A stretch of 64,000 bases of DNA from an uncultured delta proteobacterium (GTDB taxonomy: Bacteria; Myxococcota_A; Polyangia; Palsa-1104), in the NCBI GenBank assembly GCA_963785725.1, contig CAWAWS010000017.1, positions 32,001-96,000 of the forward strand. The letters run 5' to 3'. Below are positions 1-8,278 of this stretch, one piece after another (positions within the stretch are counted from its first letter, which is position 1; every line of letters begins with the position of its first letter). Position numbers and translations under genes: made by a program. Below the pieces are notes generated by a model. That model had not been told where the DNA came from. It saw only the letters and a program-made list of their open reading frames with translations, and did no database searches.

Positions 1-3
1 GAC

Positions 4-930
4 GTGGTCATCAAGCTGGGGACGCTGGCGCCCAACGGCTCGCCTTGGCACACGATCCTCAAGGAGATGGGGCAGAAGTGGGAGCAGGCGTCGGGCGGTA
101 AGGTCAAGCTGCGCATCTACCCCGGCGGCGTCCTCGGCAACGAAGGCGACATGGTCAAGAAGATCCGCATCGGCCAGCTGCAGGCGGCGGCGCTGACGAC
201 GGTCGGCCTGCACGACATCTCGGCCGACGCGCAGGCCGTCGACGTGCCGATGATGATCGACTCCTGGAAGACGCTCGACTTCGTCATGGAGCGGATGGGC
301 CCGAAGCTCGAGAAGACGATGGAGGGCAAAGGCTACGTCGTGCTCGGCTGGAGCGAGGTCGGCTTCGTGCGCTTCTTCTCGACCAAGAAGTACGCGACGC
401 TGGCGGAGATGCAGTCGGCCAAGATGTTCTGCTGGGAAGGCGATCCGGCGTCGGCCGAGGCCTGGCGCGCGGGCGGCTTCCATCCGGTCATCGTCTCGTC
501 GACCGACATCGTGCCGTCGCTGCAGACCGGACTCATCGACACGGTGGCGTTGGCGCCGCTGTACGCCTATTCGTCGCGCATCTTCGAGAAGGCCAAGTAC
601 ATGCTCGACGTGCCGTGGGCGGTGTTGACGGGGGCGACGGTCGTGAAGAAGGAAGATTGGGACAAAGTGCCGGCCGATCTGCAGCCCAAGCTCATCGAGA
701 TCACGCGCGAGTATTCGAAGAAGGTGGGCATGGAAGTGCGGCGCATGGACACCGAGGCGCTCGAGAACATGGTCAAGCAGGGCCTCGTGCAGGTGAAGAC
801 GACGGACTTGGCGGCGTTCGATCGCGCGGCGCAGGCGTCGTACAAGGTCATTCGCGGCAAGGTCGTGCCGGCCGACGCGTTCGACGAAGTGAAGAAGCTC
901 GTCGAAGAAGCGCACGCGGCCAAGAAGTAG
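4..930 (+). CDS. dctP: TRAP transporter substrate-binding protein DctP (5'-truncated by window edge)
   Basis: IKLGTLAPNGSPW...IYPGGVLGNEGDMVKKIRIGQLQ start and SLQTGLID motif typical of DctP/SBP_bac_7; signal peptide presumably lies upstream of the window. Confidence 0.85.
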   Translation: MVIKLGTLAPNGSPWHTILKEMGQKWEQASGGKVKLRIYPGGVLGNEGDMVKKIRIGQLQAAALTTVGLHDISADAQAVDVPMMIDSWKTLDFVMERMGPKLEKTMEGKGYVVLGWSEVGFVRFFSTKKYATLAEMQSAKMFCWEGDPASAEAWRAGGFHPVIVSSTDIVPSLQTGLIDTVALAPLYAYSSRIFEKAKYMLDVPWAVLTGATVVKKEDWDKVPADLQPKLIEITREYSKKVGMEVRRMDTEALENMVKQGLVQVKTTDLAAFDRAAQASYKVIRGKVVPADAFDEVKKLVEEAHAAKK

Positions 931-933
931 CCG

Positions 934-2109
934 ATGGCCATGGGGCGACCCGCGATCGCAGGTGTGTTGGCGTTCGCGGGCCTCGTCGCCACCCACGCGG
1001 CGGCTGAGCCGGCGAAGGCCGATCATCCGCTGACGCCGCTGCTAGAGGCGCAGGTCGTCGCGATGGCGCCGCTGGTCGCGCTCGCCGACGTCGCCTGTAT
1101 CGAGTCACAGCCCGACGGCACGATGAAGCAGGTGACGGTGTTGACGTGGATCGCCGCGCCGGCGCCGATCGTTCGCAACGTCATCGAAGCCTCCGAGCGC
1201 TACAAAGAGTTCGTCCCCAACCTGACGCAATCGACGCGCGAGCCTTTGCCCGACGGCGGCTGGCTGTCCGTTTGGCGCATGGAGCTGCCCGTCTCCAGCT
1301 TCGAGGGCAAGAGCCGCTTTCACCACGACGGCGACGCCATCTTGGTCCGCGGCGACGACGAGGCCAACTATCGCTACGAGATCGTCCCCGTCGCCGGCGG
1401 CACGATCTTGGCGCAGTACGGCTTCGTCGACGTCAAGCACGCCAGCGCCTTCGTGCGCGCGTTCGTCAAGCGGCAGCCGATGATGGAGCACGGCCTGGCG
1501 CTGTCGGCGCAGCTGATGTTCACGACGGCCATGCGCAGCGAGGCGCTCAAGCGCGCCGCGGCCGCCGGCGCGCCGACCATCGCGGCGCCGCGCGGGCCGT
1601 CGCCGTCGTTCGACGCGCTCTTGGCGCGCGGGCAAGTGGCGCTCATGCGCACGACCGCCGGCGGCGGCGCCGGCGACGTCAGCGTGCTCGAACGCATCTT
1701 CGCGCCCGAAGCGCGCGTGCACGACGTCGTCGTCAAAGCCGGGCAGTGGGCCGACTTCGTGCCCGGCGTCGACAAGAGCTACGCGCGCGCGGCCGGCGAA
1801 TACCAAGTGGAGATGTCGGTCCCGATCGTCAGCTGGGCGACGGCGTGGGCCTTGCGCGACGGGCCGCACGCCATCGACGGCGCGGGCGTGAGCGGCGACT
1901 TGAACGGCGCGCGCTTTCGCTGGGACCTGTCGTCGCGCGGCGAGAAGGAGACGCTCGCCGTCTACCGCGTGCGCCAGAAGCTCGACGCCGGCAGCCTCAT
2001 TCTGCGCAAATTATTCGCACATCAGCCGTCGCTCGAATACGGCATCAACGTCGCGCTCGGCCTCGTCTGGATGCACGCCATGCGCGGCCGCGCCGAAGGT
2101 TGGCGTTAG
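934..2109 (+). CDS. exported protein with two tandem SRPBCC/START-like domains
   Basis: Signal peptide (…HAAA-E); two repeats of the SRPBCC opening (IAAPAPIVRNVI..YKEFVP; IFAPEARVHDVV..WADFVP); starts 3 nt after dctP stop. Confidence 0.6.
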   Translation: MAMGRPAIAGVLAFAGLVATHAAAEPAKADHPLTPLLEAQVVAMAPLVALADVACIESQPDGTMKQVTVLTWIAAPAPIVRNVIEASERYKEFVPNLTQSTREPLPDGGWLSVWRMELPVSSFEGKSRFHHDGDAILVRGDDEANYRYEIVPVAGGTILAQYGFVDVKHASAFVRAFVKRQPMMEHGLALSAQLMFTTAMRSEALKRAAAAGAPTIAAPRGPSPSFDALLARGQVALMRTTAGGGAGDVSVLERIFAPEARVHDVVVKAGQWADFVPGVDKSYARAAGEYQVEMSVPIVSWATAWALRDGPHAIDGAGVSGDLNGARFRWDLSSRGEKETLAVYRVRQKLDAGSLILRKLFAHQPSLEYGINVALGLVWMHAMRGRAEGWR

Positions 2110-2169
2110 CGCCGACCGACCGTGACTTAGATCGCGAGAACGGTCCGTCAACTGAGCTAATGTGACAGC

Positions 2170-3012
2170 ATGCGGAGCTCGTTTTTCCGCTCGCTGCAGT
2201 CGGCCGCCGCCACACACCGCGCGACGACGACGATCGTCCTGTCGCTGGTCGCGCATGTGCTCGTCATGCTGCTGCTCGTGTGGCGACGCGCGCCGCTGCC
2301 GGTGGCGACGGAAGTGACGCTGCTGAGCGCGCCTGCGCCGAGCCCGGACGAGGAGGGCGCGCCCGCAAGCGCCGGCGCGCCGGCGGAAACGGCGGCGGTG
2401 CCGGCGGCGCGCAGCCGTTCGCGCGCCGCGCACGGGCATCGCGCGCGCTCGCCGGCGCCGCTCGCGCCCGCGCCCGCCGTCAGCGCCGAGGCCGCGCCGG
2501 TCGCACCGGGGCCGCCGACGCCCACCGACGACGAGCAGGCGATCGGCGACGAGCAATCGGTGCCCGACCCGGCCGCGCCCGGCGACGATCGACCCGGCGA
2601 CGGCACGGGCGGCGTCGCCGGCCTCGGCAGCGGCAGCGGCGACGGCGGCAGCGGTCGCGGCGGCAACGGCCGCGGTAACGGCGTCGACCTCAGCCGGGCG
2701 CCCGATCTCGACCGTGAATCGTGCGTGCGCGGCCTCGACTACCCGTGGAAAGCGGCGCTGCTCGACAAAGAGGGCGTCGTGCTGCTGCGCGTGGCGCTCG
2801 ACGCCACCGGCCACGTGCGCCAAGTGCAAGTGCGCCGCAAGGCCGGCTACGGCTTCGACGAGGCCGCGACCGAGTCGGTGCGGCGACGCTGCCGCTTCAC
2901 CGCCGCGCTCGATCGGCACGGCAAGCCGACCGACTACGTCATCGAGGACTACCGCTTCTACTTCATCTACGCCGAGTTCGAGAAGGCGCACGAGAGCGCG
3001 TCGCTGCACTGA
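2170..3012 (+). CDS. TonB-family protein (TM anchor, Pro/Ala/Gly linker, TonB C-terminal domain)
   Basis: SLVAH TM motif; YPWKAALLDKEGVVLLRVALDATGHV..GYGFDEAATESV. Confidence 0.85.
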   Translation: MRSSFFRSLQSAAATHRATTTIVLSLVAHVLVMLLLVWRRAPLPVATEVTLLSAPAPSPDEEGAPASAGAPAETAAVPAARSRSRAAHGHRARSPAPLAPAPAVSAEAAPVAPGPPTPTDDEQAIGDEQSVPDPAAPGDDRPGDGTGGVAGLGSGSGDGGSGRGGNGRGNGVDLSRAPDLDRESCVRGLDYPWKAALLDKEGVVLLRVALDATGHVRQVQVRRKAGYGFDEAATESVRRRCRFTAALDRHGKPTDYVIEDYRFYFIYAEFEKAHESASLH

Positions 3013-3129
3013 TCGCGCCGCGGCCGGCGCGGGCGAGGCGACGCTGCCGACGGCGGCCTGCGCATCGGTCGGGCTCGAGTGACCGCGACACTTGGTCCGC
3101 GTCCGACGCGCGCGTAGGCTTGGCCGCGC

Positions 3130-4101
3130 ATGGCGTTACGACCTTTCCCGCTCGACGGTGCGCTCCTCCTCTTCGATCGCGACAGCGGCACCAACGTGCG
3201 GCTCGACGGCGACGAGACGGCCGCCCTGCGCCTCGTCGCGCCGCGCGCCGTGCAGTTCGCCATCACCAACCGCTGCAACTTGGCTTGCTCGTTCTGCTCG
3301 CGCGACGTCGCCGCCGACAGCGCCTGGACGGCCGAGAGCGCCTTCGTCGTGCTCGCCGACCTCGCCCGCGCCGGCGTGCTCGAGGTCGCCTTCGGCGGCG
3401 GCGAGCCGTTTGCCTTCCGCGGCTTCGAGCAGCTCGTCGCGCGCCTGTACGACGAGACGCCGCTGGCCGTGCACGCCACGACCAACGGCCTGCTCCTCGA
3501 TCACGCGCGCCTTTCGCGCATCGCCGGCAAGCTGGGCGAGCTTCGCCTCTCGCTCTACGACGACAACGACTGGCGCCGCACGATCGCGCTGCTCGTCGAC
3601 GAGAAGGTGCGCTTCGGTGTCAACGTGCTGCTCTTGCCCGAACGACTGCCGCGCTTGGAGGCGCTGGTGCTCGAGCTGTTCGATCGCGGCTGTCGCGATG
3701 TCTTGCTGCTGTCCTACAACGGTCCCGATCGCGCGCAGCACCTGTCGGCCGCCGAAGCCGACGCGCTGGCGACGCGCGTGCGGCTCCTCCATCGCGCCCT
3801 CGGCCGGCGCGGTCGCCTCAGCCTCGACGTGTGCTGGGGCGACCGCATGGAGCGCGTGCCGCGTCACTTCGATCGCGACGACTGCGGCGCCGGCCGCGAC
3901 TTCATCGTGATCACCAGCGACAAGCGCATGATGCCGTGCAGCTTCCACCACGCGTCATTCCCGATTCGCGACGCCGCCGACGTCATGGCCCACTGGAACG
4001 GCCGCCGCGTCGAGCTGGCCGCGCCGTCGACGATCGCCGGCTGCGCGCGTCGCGCCGACTACGGCTTGACCGGGCTGGCCGTCGCCAAAGGAGCGTCATG
4101 A
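3130..4101 (+). CDS. radical SAM protein with C-terminal Twitch/SPASM-like cysteines
   Basis: CNLACSFC (CxxxCxxC), FGGGEP, TTNG; C-terminal CGAGRDFIVITSD..MPCSF. Confidence 0.9.
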   Translation: MALRPFPLDGALLLFDRDSGTNVRLDGDETAALRLVAPRAVQFAITNRCNLACSFCSRDVAADSAWTAESAFVVLADLARAGVLEVAFGGGEPFAFRGFEQLVARLYDETPLAVHATTNGLLLDHARLSRIAGKLGELRLSLYDDNDWRRTIALLVDEKVRFGVNVLLLPERLPRLEALVLELFDRGCRDVLLLSYNGPDRAQHLSAAEADALATRVRLLHRALGRRGRLSLDVCWGDRMERVPRHFDRDDCGAGRDFIVITSDKRMMPCSFHHASFPIRDAADVMAHWNGRRVELAAPSTIAGCARRADYGLTGLAVAKGAS

Positions 4102-5048
4102 AGGTCCGCATCTGGAACGCTTACGCGTCCAACAACAGCGGCAGCTACACCATCGTCGGCCAGCTGCCGTCGCAAGCGGTTGCCGAAGCCGTCGCCGCCG
4201 AGCTGACGACGCTCATCGCCGCGCACGGCAAGTGGCTCGGCGACCCCGAGTCGCAGTCGACCGAATCGCCGCTGGCCGCGTTCTGCCGCGACAACGCGCT
4301 CTTTTGGGAGGATGGCCTCGGCTCCGGCGAGGACTGGTCCGATTCCGACGACCCGCCGCGCGTCGTCGCCGCCGGGCGCCAAGTCATCGTGCATCACCAT
4401 TATACGGTCTCGTTGCCGCCGACGTTCGGCGAGCTCTTCTACAGGCGCGGCGGTCGCGTGCAGACCGAGGAGAACCACGCGCACGCGCCCATCGTCGTCA
4501 CGGCCGAGTTCCGGTGGGGCTGGCGCGAAGCGGACAAAGCGCGACAGCAGCTGGAGCTGCCGCGGCTCATCGCGGCGTTGACCGCGGCCGACGGCCCGCT
4601 ATCGCAGCAGTTCACGGACGGCTGGCCGGCCGCTTGGCGCACCGCCGGCACGGACTGGCAAGACGCACCCTTTACGGTCGGCGCCGTCTTCAAAGATCTC
4701 GTCGCCAGTGTCGGCGCGGTGCGTGACATCGCGACGGCCTGCGGTGCGCAGCTGATGCTGCGGCTGCACGAAGCCGACGACGAAACGAGCGATCCGCTGG
4801 CCAGGCTGCGGCCGAGCACGCCGGCCGTGGCGCGCTTCGAGCTCATCCTCACGGCGGCGTCCGACCCCGATGCGGCGGCCGACTGCATCGCCGAGCGCTT
4901 GCACCTGGATTGGCAGGTCGCGCACGATCTAGTCGCCGCGCTGCCGCGAACGATCGCGCGCGGCCTGGCGGACGCGGATGCCGAGTCGACCGCGCAGGCG
5001 CTGCGCGCCGTCGGCGCCACCGTCCACGTCGCGCGCCGCGACGGCTGA
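4098..5048 (+). CDS. uncharacterised protein with C-terminal ribosomal L7/L12-CTD-like domain
   Basis: ATG 4098 overlaps radical SAM stop (ATGA), AAGGAG upstream; C-terminus FELILTAA..AHDLVAALPRTIARGL..DAESTAQALRAVGATVHV resembles L7/L12 CTD. Confidence 0.7.
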   Translation: MKVRIWNAYASNNSGSYTIVGQLPSQAVAEAVAAELTTLIAAHGKWLGDPESQSTESPLAAFCRDNALFWEDGLGSGEDWSDSDDPPRVVAAGRQVIVHHHYTVSLPPTFGELFYRRGGRVQTEENHAHAPIVVTAEFRWGWREADKARQQLELPRLIAALTAADGPLSQQFTDGWPAAWRTAGTDWQDAPFTVGAVFKDLVASVGAVRDIATACGAQLMLRLHEADDETSDPLARLRPSTPAVARFELILTAASDPDAAADCIAERLHLDWQVAHDLVAALPRTIARGLADADAESTAQALRAVGATVHVARRDG

Positions 5049-5049
5049 G

Positions 5050-6066
5050 TCAGGACGTGGCGAGCGCGGCGATGACGACGGCGAGCGAGCGCTCGTAGCG
5101 GTGCGACGTGTTGAAGTGGCCGCCGTCGAACTCCTCGTGCGTGCATTCGATGCCGTAGCCGGCGAGCTTGCCGCGCAGCTGCCGCGTCGCCAGCTGCAGG
5201 TTGTATTCGTCGCTGAGCCCGCCGTCCAAGAACAGCGCGCGCAGCAGCTGCAACCCTTGGCGGTGGCGCGGCTCGTCGACCATCCGCACCGGATCCCACG
5301 CAAGCCAGCGCGCCCACACGTCGGGACGCACGGCCGCCGTCAATAGATGAAGCGGCAGCTCGAAGCCGACGCCGAAACCATACGGCCCCGTCGCGTTCGG
5401 CGACCAGGCGGCCGCGCAGCACAGGTGCGACATGACCTCGAACGCGGCCTGACCTTTGGACGGCTGCTCCTCGAACCAGCGCAAGAAGGCCGGCAAACCG
5501 CCGCGCCGCTCGAGCGTCAACACCGTGTGCGGCAGCTCGCGCCAATAGGAAATGTCGAAGGCGCCGTCGGCCGCGTGCGCGCCGCAGGCGGCGACGACGT
5601 CGGGCCGCTGCATGGCCATGACGAGCGCGCCGTAGCCGCCCGACGACTTGCCGACGACGCCGCGGCCGTCGCGCGTGGGAATCGTGCGAAAGCGCGCGTC
5701 GGCGAAGGCGAAGAGCTCGTCGGCGAGGTAGCTTTGGTAGCGGCCGATCGCCGGCGAGTCGACGTATTGCGAGCCGCCGTAGCGCGTGAAGCAGTCGGGC
5801 AGGATCAAGATCGCCTCGCCGATGCGGCCGGCGCGCATGGCGTCGCCGAGCCGCTGCGGCAGCGGCGTCGTCCAGGCGCTGCGGTTGAGCGCCAGCGACC
5901 AGCCGTTGCCGCCGAAGCCGGCCAAGAGCTGCACCACCGGATAGCGCCGCGCCGGCGACGCCTCGTACGACGGCGGCAAGAGCGCGATGACCTCGCGCCG
6001 CGCCGGATCGCCGAGCGGATTGTCGGCCAGTAAGCGGCTCTCGTGCGTGCACATCTCGACGCGCAT
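5050..6066 (-). CDS. alpha/beta-hydrolase esterase (enterochelin esterase-like family)
   Basis: LPPSY..RYPVV, GKSSGG nucleophile elbow, C-terminal FDGGH. Confidence 0.85.
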   Translation of the reverse strand: MRVEMCTHESRLLADNPLGDPARREVIALLPPSYEASPARRYPVVQLLAGFGGNGWSLALNRSAWTTPLPQRLGDAMRAGRIGEAILILPDCFTRYGGSQYVDSPAIGRYQSYLADELFAFADARFRTIPTRDGRGVVGKSSGGYGALVMAMQRPDVVAACGAHAADGAFDISYWRELPHTVLTLERRGGLPAFLRWFEEQPSKGQAAFEVMSHLCCAAAWSPNATGPYGFGVGFELPLHLLTAAVRPDVWARWLAWDPVRMVDEPRHRQGLQLLRALFLDGGLSDEYNLQLATRQLRGKLAGYGIECTHEEFDGGHFNTSHRYERSLAVVIAALATS

Positions 6067-6093
6067 GCGCCGAACGCTAGCACGCAGCAGGCG

Positions 6094-7110
6094 TTACAAG
6101 AGCGGCACCGGCGTGGCGCCGATCTTCAGCTCTTTGCACAGGCGCGCCACCAGCTCGTCGTAGACGGACTTGAGGCCGCTCTCGTCGCGCACCTCGGCGA
6201 ACATGCGGCCGCCGGCGATCATGCCGTGGCCGCCGGCGGCGCCGTTGCTGCCGACGACGCGCCGCATGAGCGCGCCCGCCGTCGCGTTGGTGATGTCGGT
6301 GCGCGCCGACAAGAACACGGTCCCGTGATGCTGCCCGACGCACAAGACCCAGTGCGCCTTCTCGTAGGGCAGCATCAAGTCGGCCACTTCGGCGACCAGA
6401 TCGGGATAGCTCAGCTGCCCCAAGTTGATGGCCAAGAGCTCGCCCCACACGACGGCGGAGCGCAGCGCGCGATCGAGCGCCACGAAGTGCTCGCGCCCGA
6501 GCTTGGGATTGACGATCTCGTACAGCTTCTCGAAGTCGGCGATGCCCGACAGCTCGACGTAGGCCGCGCGCTCGTCGGGCCCCGATTCGCGGCCGAGATC
6601 GCGCGTCTCCGACTTGAGCGCGTACAAGAACGCCGTCGCCAAGTTGCTGTCGACGCTGATGCCGCGCTCGCGCAGGTAGCCGTGCACGATGGTCGCCGTC
6701 GCGCCCATCTCGGTGCGGATGTCGAGCCACGGAATCGGCGGCAGATCGACGCGCGGCGGGTGATGATCGATGACGATGTCGGCGTTGCGCGCCTGCGGCA
6801 GCGAGTTGTTGCCGGTGCCCGGCTGCGTGTCGACCATGGCGATGGCCGAGTGCGCGCTCCAGTCGAGCTTGTCCATCGGCGTCAGATCGATCTTCAGCTC
6901 GCGGACCATGGCGCGGTTCTCGGCGCGTCCGATGATGCCGCCGAGCGCGATCGTCGCGCCCGCCATGCCCTCGTGCTCGAACAGCCGCTTCAATCCCAGC
7001 GCCGCCGCGAGCGAGTCGGGATCGGGGTTGTCGTGCGTCAAAATTGCGACGCGACCGTCCGCCGCACGCTGCTTGAGCGCCGCCAGGGATCGCGCGAGGT
7101 CGAAGCCCAT
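6094..7110 (-). CDS. DHH/DHHA1 family phosphoesterase
   Basis: THDNPDPDS, VDT, IDHH and AGGH motifs; start placed at MGFDLAR. Confidence 0.88.
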   Translation of the reverse strand: MGFDLARSLAALKQRAADGRVAILTHDNPDPDSLAAALGLKRLFEHEGMAGATIALGGIIGRAENRAMVRELKIDLTPMDKLDWSAHSAIAMVDTQPGTGNNSLPQARNADIVIDHHPPRVDLPPIPWLDIRTEMGATATIVHGYLRERGISVDSNLATAFLYALKSETRDLGRESGPDERAAYVELSGIADFEKLYEIVNPKLGREHFVALDRALRSAVVWGELLAINLGQLSYPDLVAEVADLMLPYEKAHWVLCVGQHHGTVFLSARTDITNATAGALMRRVVGSNGAAGGHGMIAGGRMFAEVRDESGLKSVYDELVARLCKELKIGATPVPLL

Positions 7111-7257
7111 AGACAATCGAACGTAACGCGTTTGTCGACGGTACACAACCCGTCGCCCACGCTAGTCGGCAAGCGCAAACACGAGTGTAGGAAGCGAGGC
7201 TGGACGAGCGAGCGCCCCAAGTGCGCGTCGTTGGCGAGGATGTAACGGCGAGGCTGT

Positions 7258-8223
7258 TTAGCGGTGGACGACTTCGAGCGGCACGTGCAAGGTCGCCAGC
7301 GCGGCGCCGGTGTTGGCGTCATGCACGTCCCAGCTCAGGTCGAGATCGCCTTGGTGGGCGCCGGTCGCTCGCTTGAAGTACAGAAAGCCGCTCACACGCG
7401 CGCCGGGCGGCAACACGCCCTCGGGCAGGCCGAGCGACAGCACGTCCATCGACGGACGCGCCGGATAGTACGACGGACCCCAATACGTGACCCAGTCGCC
7501 GTAATAGGGCGGGTAGAACCACGGGCCGCCCCAGTAGCCGAGACCGCCGCCGTAGTAGCCGCGCAGACCGCCGTAGGCGCGGAAGCCGACCCAGCCGCCG
7601 CCGTAGTAGCCGTAGCCGCCGTAATGACGACCGAGCGGCGCGACGCCCACGCCGACGCTGACACCGGCGCGCGGCGGCAAGATCGCCGGCCGGCCGACGC
7701 CGGGCGGACCGACGCGCACGCCGCTCGGACGCACGGCCGCGCCGCCGTAACCGCCGCGATAGCCGCCGCCGCCGCGATAGCCGCCACCGCCATGACCGCC
7801 GCCGCCGCCGAAATGCGCGGCGTAAAGGACCGGCCCGTTCGACGCCAGCAGCACCGGCTTGGCCGGCAGCGCGCCCGTGTCGTCGGACTGCGAGACCGGC
7901 ACTTCGCCTTCCTGCGGCAGGAACGGATTGATCGCGCCGTAACGGAAGCCGCTCGCGTCGCGCAGCGCCAGGTCGGCGTACGTCACGCGCACTTCGTTGG
8001 GGCCTGGATTATAGAGCTCGATGGCGATGGGCGTGACGTAGTCGGCCAGATCGTCGGGGTTGGATTCCCACTGATTGGCGAACGCCACGATGGTGACGCC
8101 GTTGACCTGCGCGACGGCGCGATCGCTGCCGCCGCGGGGAACGACCGCGTACTCGGCGGCACAGCCGGCGAGCATGATGCAACCGCACAATAAACTGGAA
8201 GCTAAGCGAATGGGGTGACGCAT
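7258..8223 (-). CDS. putative lipoprotein with internal Gly/Tyr/Arg-rich low-complexity region
   Basis: Lipobox LAGC; GGGGYRGGGGYRGGYGG and YGGYGYYGGG tracts between folded-looking segments. Confidence 0.65.
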   Translation of the reverse strand: MRHPIRLASSLLCGCIMLAGCAAEYAVVPRGGSDRAVAQVNGVTIVAFANQWESNPDDLADYVTPIAIELYNPGPNEVRVTYADLALRDASGFRYGAINPFLPQEGEVPVSQSDDTGALPAKPVLLASNGPVLYAAHFGGGGGHGGGGYRGGGGYRGGYGGAAVRPSGVRVGPPGVGRPAILPPRAGVSVGVGVAPLGRHYGGYGYYGGGWVGFRAYGGLRGYYGGGLGYWGGPWFYPPYYGDWVTYWGPSYYPARPSMDVLSLGLPEGVLPPGARVSGFLYFKRATGAHQGDLDLSWDVHDANTGAALATLHVPLEVVHR

Positions 8224-8278
8224 GCGCAACCTCTCGGCCGATAGGTTCAATGTGGGCATGTCGCAGCTTTAAATCAAG

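Noticed and set aside
2721..5048. 775-aa ORF, and likewise the 876-aa ORF 15280-17910 and the 666-aa ORF 45381-47381
   Set aside because: N-terminal extensions are shadow translations over neighbouring genes; real starts are at coupled overlaps (4098, 16644, 45720)
4830..5048. Ribosomal protein gene rplL
   Set aside because: Only a divergent C-terminal domain fused to an unrelated N-terminus, and not in an rplJ-rpoB context
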